A stretch of DNA of 49,271 nt, from contig JACQSK010000002.1 of NCBI GenBank assembly GCA_016205975.1, positions 1 through 49,271 on the forward strand, read 5' to 3'. This DNA is from Candidatus Uhrbacteria bacterium. GTDB taxonomy: Bacteria; Patescibacteriota; Patescibacteriia; UBA9934; GWF2-40-263. This document shows, in pieces, positions 43,601 through 49,271 of the stretch. Made by a program: the position numbers and the translations under genes. Below the pieces are notes generated by a model that ran no database searches, had not been told where the DNA came from, and saw only the letters and a list, made by a program, of their open reading frames with translations. Numbering within the stretch: the first letter of the stretch is position 1; every line of letters starts with the position of its first letter.

Positions 43601-46434
43601 ACTTGCGCATCGAGCCCAATGGTGCCGGCGACACGATCATTGCCGTGGACGCGGACACGAATTTCGTTGTGGCGGCAGACGCGGCTCCCGCGATTGATAT
43701 GATCAGCATCACGGCCACGGGCGCGGCCGCCGTGACAACAACGGATGTGAACGCGATTTCTCTGGACTACAGCGTCACTGGCGTTTCCTCGGCCGGAGTG
43801 CTTCTCGACTCAACCTTCACCGGCGGCGGAACAGACCTGCTCTCGTACTCGGCGCTCCTCATAAACGACATCAATCCGACCAACACGGCAGGAACCGACA
43901 CGGTCGTGGGTATTGATATTTCCCCGATCACCGACCCAGGCGCCACGATCACTTCCTACGGAATGCAGATCGGTTCGGGCTACGATGCGAACTTGATTTT
44001 TACCGACACGACCGCGATCGTCGACGTATCCGGCGGCGGCACGATCACCTTCCGCGACGGAACCAACACACTCATGGCCATCGCGGACAACGGGACGGAC
44101 GGCATCTTGACCATCAACAACCTTTCGACTGCCGCCTCCGCCGTGAACATCTATGACGTTGCCGTCACCAAGTCGATTGACATCGGCGGCGTCACGGCAG
44201 ACGCGGCCGATACGGTCTCGATCGCGACCAACGCCTCAAGTGGCGACACGATTTTGATCGGCAACAGCGCAGGGACAACCAACGTGACGATCACGGCAGG
44301 GGGCACGATCGATCTTGAAGGTTCGGTAACCATGGACCTCACAACGATCGGCGCCACGCAGTTCGCTGTGTGCCATACAAACTCCGATACCAATGACGAG
44401 GCGATTGGCGATTGCTCGGGCGCGCCCACCGCTGACTACGCGGAGCAATACCCCGTGGCCGCAGGCATCGGCTACGGCGACATCGTGGTTCCTGGCGCGC
44501 GCGAAGTGACGACCACAGAAGGCGCCACGCTCGTCGAGCTTGTAAAGTCGAGTACCCCCTATGAGGGTCCCATCGTCGGTATCGTCTCCAACAACTACGG
44601 CGACTTCACCTCCGCCGGTTACAACATTGACGCGCGGGATAACCCCATGCCGGTCGCGCTTGTCGGACGCGTTCCCGTGAAGGTCGTGAGCGAAGGCGGC
44701 GCGATTGCGGTGGGCGATTATCTCACCACCTCTTCCACTCCAGGTATGGCCATGAAAGCCAGCAAGCTCGGCCGCGTGATCGGCATGGCGCTTGAAGATT
44801 GGGACGGCATTTCCGATACCGTCATGGTGCAAGTGAACAACAGTTGGTCCCTGGGTTCGGTGATCGGCGAGGACGGCGTTTCCACGCTTGCGACCGAGCG
44901 GGTCGTGGTTTCCTCGTTTGCCGTTGCGGACGCACAGACGCCGACCTTTGATTCCTTTGGTCTCTCGCTGCGCGGATCGGCTTGGGACGGCGCGCAGGCT
45001 CAAGCGGTTGAGATGCTGTTGCAAAATACGGTTGTGAGCGAGGATGACTATCGGCTGAGCGTGAAGAATACGAGCGAGACGGAAGTGGCCTACATCACAA
45101 ACGAGGGAACGATGAAGATCGCTGGCGATCTTGTGATCGGGGGCAAGCTCTTCCCGTCGGATCGCGGCGCAACGCAGACGGAAAAATATATTTACTACGA
45201 TGGTTCACAGGGTGCGGCAGGGGACTTCATGCGCACCAATGCAAAAGGCTGGTCCACGGGCTCGTACGATTTTGCCGAAATGTTCCCGTCTCCTGAGGCG
45301 CTCATCGCGGGTGAGGCTGTCGTCTTCTCGGGCGTAGGCCATGAAGTGGTGCGCGCAACGTGGAGTGAGGGAGAGCAGCTGGCAGGTATCGTTTCCACGC
45401 GCCCAGGATTTTTGGCTGGCGAGAATGTCGAAGGCTCTTATCCGATCGCCCTTGCCGGCCGCGTCCCTACGCGCGTGAGCACGGTAAACGGTTCCATCGC
45501 CGTGGGCGATCCTTTGGCTCCCACGGGAGTGCCGGGCGTGAGCGCCAAGGCGTCGCGCGCGGGACAGATCGTCGGGTACGCGCTGGAGACCTACGAGGGC
45601 GGGGAATCGGACGACTTGATTTTGACCTATGTGAACATCGGGTACTGGCAAGAGCCCGTGAGCGCGGCGCACAATACGGCATCGGGAGTCTCCTCCACGA
45701 CCAATTTTTCCGCGCTCAGCATGACGGGAAATATCGCCATGAACTCCTACGAGATTTCCGGCATCGGGTCGCTTACGGGAATGGGCAGTGCCTGGTCGCT
45801 TGCCTCAGACGGCACGCTCACGACTCAGGGACTCTTGAAGACCGTGATTGACTCCTATCAAAACGAACAGGTTGAAACCGTGGCCGTCACCTCACCCGAG
45901 GTCATGATTACGCTCACAGGAACCGCGGCGCTTGTTGAGGGGACGGTGGAGATTCGTTTTGAAGACGTGCTCCCAGAGTACAACGACGTCATCTCGGCCC
46001 TTGTGCCCATCCGTGTCCTCGTCACTCCCCGCGGTCCAGTCTCTCTATATGTTTCAGAGTCGGACCAGAATCACTTTGTCGTCATGCGCGCTTGGGGAGA
46101 TCAGGACGTGGAGTTCGATTGGATGGTGATGGCGTATCGCAAAGGTTACGAGCCGGTGGTAGTTCCAGGCTTTAGCCTGGGTTCGACGGATGCGTTTCCC
46201 TCCGTTCCGCTTGTCCCATCCGACCCCTCTGTCCCATCCGACCTATCCGAACCACCCGCACCCGACGCCCCTGCACCCACAGACGTTCCTGCTTCCACAG
46301 ACGTTCCTGCACTTGTAGACCTCCCAACACCCACAGACGTTCCTGCGCTTCCGGCGAGCCCGGACACAGCCCTTGTTGATCCAGCGATAAACAGTGATGG
46401 CGGCGAACCAGCCGAGCAACCACCTGCATCCTAG
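40642..46434 (+). CDS. 1930-aa secreted fibre/adhesin-like protein (S4)
   Basis: The ATG is 1 nt after the S3 stop. It has a signal peptide (LMTALIVLMGFASPSVAVA), an N-terminal ITYQGRLLD...CVWSN...LSPRRRLTAAPYALNA module of the kind seen in tail-fibre-like proteins, long T/G/D/A/N-rich repeats, two C-terminal modules of about 120 aa and a Pro-rich tail. The track start (40474) overlaps S3 out of frame. Confidence 0.85.
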   Translation: MIATRRNPWILTLMTALIVLMGFASPSVAVAPTNIITYQGRLLDANAVPVTDTSLSMKFFFYTALTGGTCVWSNSSASCDSNTPASTTARSVTLTSGLFTQNLGDTSDSFAAIGDSIFADNTTLFLEVIVGSETLSPRRRLTAAPYALNAGTLDGIDSATLQLFETGSSRTFEDDAPVIIGSNAAFTYGSGAAGDLRIDDELEVMGDGYIDNDLVVGASTSSTETITNVAFSLGGDDLFVAGTLGVEGTIYTDGSLDVVGTASVGDLTCTDCLDFTELSDTLALDASTSIAMDGAESFTITNSGTEGIIFNLASTGDFTVQDNGTSVFGISDTGAISVDPTTAGTALDFELATQWTTGDLVNADWGSATTATGAVQVIDLDLTNLTADASNPVYGIHVNDPASATASTERGIFIEGTNWDLGLYVVDAVDFDGAANIADTTAGSDVAMGNATGNLTFLSDNADFTLTDATDNVFQLLNATNGRLYLDVDAGATDTVALGNTTDVLTLAGNGSSTIDFAEFDVAATGAVTIAPTTTGTMLDFVLETEWTTGDLVNADWGSATTATGAVQVIDLDLTNLTADATNLLYGIHLNDPASATASTERGIFIEGTNWDRALYVEDVSEFQEDLVIDDATDGVDIVIGSDNGVVIDIGADVYNGGTLMDIAFDTAEVVDSPLTAMNVDFNTNLTGNAGDNVTAFGTTLPGFTGNLPDALSTTTLTGFAATGASIDTGTNAASALTVNWRGLSIDLPSIDTGSADDTVRSTGLLITGGTVTNGAGTEDEIGVDLSGTKIDLDADNDTSFIASTDDRIDWELGGTAQTLIMSAPAAASSGTSTSILQVNYATPADGSGTNIHQALALNVDIGNATAGTNTVNVIEIMPLDGDADVANVHAIDIGSITGTSANNETAIQIGPGWDMDIVFLNSTQANFRIANSSSVAFQDASGNEILSLEDVGNAVNHVITIDGDTGLAFDSSSDSDTDITTATDEDLRIEPNGAGDTIIAVDADTNFVVAADAAPAIDMISITATGAAAVTTTDVNAISLDYSVTGVSSAGVLLDSTFTGGGTDLLSYSALLINDINPTNTAGTDTVVGIDISPITDPGATITSYGMQIGSGYDANLIFTDTTAIVDVSGGGTITFRDGTNTLMAIADNGTDGILTINNLSTAASAVNIYDVAVTKSIDIGGVTADAADTVSIATNASSGDTILIGNSAGTTNVTITAGGTIDLEGSVTMDLTTIGATQFAVCHTNSDTNDEAIGDCSGAPTADYAEQYPVAAGIGYGDIVVPGAREVTTTEGATLVELVKSSTPYEGPIVGIVSNNYGDFTSAGYNIDARDNPMPVALVGRVPVKVVSEGGAIAVGDYLTTSSTPGMAMKASKLGRVIGMALEDWDGISDTVMVQVNNSWSLGSVIGEDGVSTLATERVVVSSFAVADAQTPTFDSFGLSLRGSAWDGAQAQAVEMLLQNTVVSEDDYRLSVKNTSETEVAYITNEGTMKIAGDLVIGGKLFPSDRGATQTEKYIYYDGSQGAAGDFMRTNAKGWSTGSYDFAEMFPSPEALIAGEAVVFSGVGHEVVRATWSEGEQLAGIVSTRPGFLAGENVEGSYPIALAGRVPTRVSTVNGSIAVGDPLAPTGVPGVSAKASRAGQIVGYALETYEGGESDDLILTYVNIGYWQEPVSAAHNTASGVSSTTNFSALSMTGNIAMNSYEISGIGSLTGMGSAWSLASDGTLTTQGLLKTVIDSYQNEQVETVAVTSPEVMITLTGTAALVEGTVEIRFEDVLPEYNDVISALVPIRVLVTPRGPVSLYVSESDQNHFVVMRAWGDQDVEFDWMVMAYRKGYEPVVVPGFSLGSTDAFPSVPLVPSDPSVPSDLSEPPAPDAPAPTDVPASTDVPALVDLPTPTDVPALPASPDTALVDPAINSDGGEPAEQPPAS
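41704..42476 (+). repeat. in-frame internal duplication within S4 (two copies of about 197 nt, 576 nt apart)
   Basis: 41704-41900 and 42280-42476 are roughly 90% identical by eye. They encode WTTGDLVNADWGSATTATGAVQVIDLDLTNLTADA...ASATASTERGIFIEGTNWD in both copies. The differences are mostly at third positions. Confidence 0.85.
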
Positions 46435-46614
46435 ATCAAACTACACCTATTCGTTCTTTCCGATCCTTTGGCGGGCCTTTCCGTTCTTCTTCTCAGGAGG
46501 ACAGTGCTGGCCCGAATGGAGCGCCCATGCCTGGCTCCGTTGCAGCACGCAACTGCTCAAGGGAACAACTGAAGAGGCCCACTCGGCCACACACAATTTC
46601 AGAGCGAAAAGCGC

Positions 46615-46638
46615 GCGCACCCCACACGTGCGCTTTTT
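46615..46638 (+). terminator. intrinsic terminator downstream of S4
   Basis: GCGCAC-CCCACAC-GTGCGC followed by TTTTT. A TATAAT box (46643-46648) follows immediately. Confidence 0.6.
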
Positions 46639-46657
46639 GCGTTATAATGATTCTCGT

Positions 46658-48988
46658 ATGACGTATGGACTCAGCGATCATCTGCGTGCCGCAGCCCGCG
46701 GACTCATGTATGCGCTTGTTTTTTTCCTGCCGCTCACGGTGCTGCCGCTCACCCTTGAGCCGCTTGAGATTAGCAAGCAGACGTTGCTCAGCCTTGCCAC
46801 GCTGTGCGCGGCGCTTCTGTGGCTGGCCTCCATGCTCACGGAGAAAAAAATCAGGTTCGCTCGCGGATGGGTGAGTGTGATTCCGTCTCTGTATGTGGCC
46901 GCATTTGCGATCCCCGCGCTCTCCTCTGTCGCGCCGTATCTCTCTTTTGTGGGCGCACACCGACAGGAGTATACAAGCGTTCTTACCGCCGTCTCCGTGG
47001 GCGTGCTCATCATCCTTATCTCCCAGACGTTTCGTGAGCGCAAGAGCCACAAGCTCATGCACGCCACGCTCCTGCTTTCGACCGCCGTGGCGATCGCCCT
47101 CGCACTCCTTGCGCTGTTTGGCATTTCCATTTTCGGATCAGCGACGAGCTCCTTCTCGTTCAATAGCGTTGGCACGCTCACGAGCTTCGCTACATTTTTG
47201 ATCGTCATGACCTCCTTCTTCCTCGCCTCGTTCCTCTGCCACCACCCGGGTGATTCGATGCTGCATGAAGGCGCCTGGGGGCGGGCGCAGCGTGGTGTGA
47301 TTTTCTTGGTCGCCCTGTGCACGTTTTTCTTTCTCCTACTCTTGGATCAAGATGTCCTGTGGCTCTTGTTCATCCTCTCCCTCTTGAGTCTGTTCGTGTT
47401 CGTCTTCTTCCGCGCGCAGGACTTTCCTCACCGCGCGCGGCTCCTCATCCCTCTCATCCTGATCCTGGCCGCTCTCCCGTTTTGGTTTTGGCTGCGAGGA
47501 CTGAACCTCCCTCAGGTGCCCCTTGAGGTCACGCTCAACACTGACTCCTCGCTGACGATTGCACAGAAAACGCTCCAGGCCTACTCAAGCACCGTTGGCT
47601 CAGGTCCCGGAACCTACCTCTATGACTTCTCCCGGTTCCGTGATGTGCGTCTCAACGAAACGGATTTTTGGGACACGCGTTTTGATCGTGCCTCCAGCCA
47701 CGCGCTTACGCTCGTGCCCACCATCGGCGTGCTGGGGATTACGCTTCTTTCTCTGTTCGTCCTCTTCTTACTCGTGGGCGCGATCCAGCAAGCGCTCCGT
47801 CCGCGCTCGCGCGCGCAGTGGCTGGAGAGTTTTGTGCATGTGACCCCGTGGCTCGTCCTGGTCATGAGCGCGCTGCTCATTCCTTGGAACATGACCCTCA
47901 CGGCTCTCTTCGCCATTTTTTCCGGCCTGCTCGCCTCCCAGCTCACATCTCGGGAGACGAGCCGTTCGTTTGACCGTTCTCCCGCTTCTGCTCTCTTGTG
48001 CTCCTTCCTTTTTTTGTGCGCGGCGTTTGTTCTGCTCGTGGGCGTGTTTATGACCACACAGCGTTACGCCGCAGAGGTTGCTTTCACCCAAGCCGTTGAA
48101 ACCGACCGGGCCGACGGCAGCCTTCAGGATGTCGTCGCTCTCCTTGATCGCGCTGTCATGCTGAACCGTTTCCACGATACCTACTCCCGCAACCTTTCCG
48201 AGGCACTCTTGCTGCGCGTACAAGAAGAGCTCACGCGCGCCGGTTCCGTGCAAGGCCTGAGTCCCGAGGGCGCGCAGTATGTCCAGGCGCTCGTGGCCGC
48301 GAGCGTTAACGCCGCCACGCAAGCGACGACGCTCAGCCCCAACAACGTCTTGAACTGGCTCACGCGCGGGAGCGTGTACCGCGAACTCATCCCCCTCATG
48401 GGTGAAGCCTCCGAGTTTGCGGTTGCAAGCTACGCGCGCGCGACGGAACTTGAGAGCGTGAACCCGTCCAATTGGACTCAGCTGGGAAAGACATATCTCA
48501 CAACAGCGCAGGCGGCGCAGGAACAGGAGTCGCGCGCAGCTCTTTTGGAGCAGGCGCAAGCGGCTCTCGCGCGCGCCATCGAACTCAAACCCAACTACGC
48601 GCCCGCGCATTTTGAGCTCGCGCTTACGTACGCGGCCGCCGGCCGGCTCGATGACGCGATTGCAAAAATGGAATCCGTGGCGCTCTACAACCCGCTGGAC
48701 GTGGGCGTCGCCTTCCAGCTGGGCGCCTTGTATGTTCAGCGCGGCGGTGAGGGAGATAGAGCTAAGGCGCAGGCCGCATTTGAACGTGCTATCGAGCTCT
48801 CGCCCGAGTACAGTAATGCGCACTGGTTCCTCGCCTCGATCTACGAGGGCGAAGGCGACTTGGCAGCAGCCGTGCGCGAAGTGGAGACGGTCCTGCGATT
48901 GAATCCAGGAAACGTTTTGGTGGAAGCCAGACTCGAGAAACTCCTCGCGGGACAGGTGAGCCAGGAGATGCCGGTGACTATTGAATGA
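46658..48988 (+). CDS. O-antigen-ligase-family (Wzy_C-like) polytopic membrane protein with C-terminal TPR repeats (S5, 776 aa)
   Basis: ATG 46658 lies 10 nt after the TATAAT box. It has more than 10 TM helices and a loop reading VGSGPGTYLYDF...ASSHALTLVPTIGVLG, like the GxGxG...H-x2-L motif of Wzy_C proteins. The C-terminus has TPR units (AIELKPNYAPAHFELALTYAAAGRLDDAI and AIELSPEYSNAHWFLASIYEGEGDLAAA). Confidence 0.75.
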   Translation: MTYGLSDHLRAAARGLMYALVFFLPLTVLPLTLEPLEISKQTLLSLATLCAALLWLASMLTEKKIRFARGWVSVIPSLYVAAFAIPALSSVAPYLSFVGAHRQEYTSVLTAVSVGVLIILISQTFRERKSHKLMHATLLLSTAVAIALALLALFGISIFGSATSSFSFNSVGTLTSFATFLIVMTSFFLASFLCHHPGDSMLHEGAWGRAQRGVIFLVALCTFFFLLLLDQDVLWLLFILSLLSLFVFVFFRAQDFPHRARLLIPLILILAALPFWFWLRGLNLPQVPLEVTLNTDSSLTIAQKTLQAYSSTVGSGPGTYLYDFSRFRDVRLNETDFWDTRFDRASSHALTLVPTIGVLGITLLSLFVLFLLVGAIQQALRPRSRAQWLESFVHVTPWLVLVMSALLIPWNMTLTALFAIFSGLLASQLTSRETSRSFDRSPASALLCSFLFLCAAFVLLVGVFMTTQRYAAEVAFTQAVETDRADGSLQDVVALLDRAVMLNRFHDTYSRNLSEALLLRVQEELTRAGSVQGLSPEGAQYVQALVAASVNAATQATTLSPNNVLNWLTRGSVYRELIPLMGEASEFAVASYARATELESVNPSNWTQLGKTYLTTAQAAQEQESRAALLEQAQAALARAIELKPNYAPAHFELALTYAAAGRLDDAIAKMESVALYNPLDVGVAFQLGALYVQRGGEGDRAKAQAAFERAIELSPEYSNAHWFLASIYEGEGDLAAAVREVETVLRLNPGNVLVEARLEKLLAGQVSQEMPVTIE

Positions 48989-48994
48989 TTTTTT

Positions 48995-49025
48995 AACCGC
49001 CCTTCGGTTTCCTCTGGGCGGTTTT
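48995..49025 (+). terminator. intrinsic terminator after S5
   Basis: AACCGCCC-13 nt-GGGCGGTT followed by TTTAT. Confidence 0.55.
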
Positions 49026-49044
49026 ATGATAGAGTTACTGCGTT

Positions 49045-49271
49045 ATGCCACTCTCTCTCGAAAACCCATTCACCCCAGAACCCAAGACTCCCCGCAGTCG
49101 TGACGACGCCGAGATGGTCGGGAAGATTTGTGGTCCTGAAGCGGAAGCAGCCATGAGATCGCTGGGAGACAAGCCTCCCAGGTCCACTCCAGAGACTCCT
49201 CGCCTCATCCTCACCCCTGAGGAGCGGGCTCTAGCTGAAGCGGCCGAGCGTGCCCTGCACGAGAAGAAAGA
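49045..49271 (+). CDS. hypothetical protein, N-terminal fragment (runs off the right edge)
   Basis: ATG 49045 is open to the end of the window (75 codons): MPLSLENPFTPEPKTPRSRDD... The product is low-complexity and Pro/Glu-rich. There is no SD, so support is weak. Confidence 0.35.
   Translation, partial: MPLSLENPFTPEPKTPRSRDDAEMVGKICGPEAEAAMRSLGDKPPRSTPETPRLILTPEERALAEAAERALHEKK

Noticed and set aside
46205-46350. Short tandem DNA repeats (GTCCCATCCGACC twice, CCACAGACGTTCCTGC three times) as a possible regulatory or phase-variation array.
   Set aside because: They are in frame inside the S4 C-terminal Pro-rich tail (VPSDPS/VPSDLS, TDVPA). They represent a low-complexity linker, not a non-coding array.
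46394-46657. Upstream extension of the Wzy_C/TPR ORF (track start 46394).
   Set aside because: It overlaps the end of S4 and crosses an intrinsic terminator (46615-46638) and a TATAAT box. The membrane protein begins sensibly at ATG 46658.
1-49271. An alternative genetic code (UGA or UAG reassignment, as in some candidate phyla).
   Set aside because: Long conserved genes (hppA, pnp, polA, comM) read through without in-frame TGA, TAG or TAA. All three stop codons are seen terminating well-delimited genes.

Overview
A 49.3-kb stretch of bacterial chromosome using the standard genetic code: conserved genes have no in-frame stops. Hand counts on sample 60-nt lines give a backbone of about 58-60% GC. 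I support about 40 CDS, 4 tRNA genes that all encode their CCA ends (Arg-TCT, His-GTG, Arg-CCT, Ala-CGC), several clear intrinsic terminators and a few sigma70-like promoters. I found no rRNA, CRISPR array, transposase or reverse transcriptase.

Housekeeping genes recognised from motifs are hppA (H+-pyrophosphatase), rnhB, a LysM/M23 peptidase, an M50 protease, comM/yifB, the ylyA-like zinc finger coupled to lspA, pnp, rpsO, a Xer-type tyrosine recombinase, msrA, polA, holA, rpsT and rmuC. The gene content (giant surface proteins, a Wzy_C/TPR protein, a membrane PPase, many orphan genes) fits a small-genome Patescibacteria/CPR-like organism, but that is inference only.

Things worth a second look:
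1. A five-gene cell-surface fibre locus at 35.4-49.0 kb. It has a pilin-like subunit, an Ig-fold anchored protein, a 1118-aa FN3/CarboxypepD_reg polytopic protein, a 1930-aa fibre and a Wzy_C/TPR protein. It contains no known assembly machinery.
2. A 236-aa protein made only of six tandem C-x4-C-x9-C-x2-H units, at 9.7-10.5 kb.
3. An orphan three-gene island at 24.8-27.1 kb whose first gene is about 70% GC. Near-identical 49-nt terminator modules sit after its first gene and at its right-hand end.
4. A perfect 21-bp-stem hairpin across the stop codon of the Xer recombinase gene.
5. An NYN nuclease gene inserted between rpsO and pnp.
6. A 0.6-kb non-coding spacer with a structured core and two perfect DnaA boxes.

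All family assignments come from by-eye motif recognition and need HMM or structure searches.
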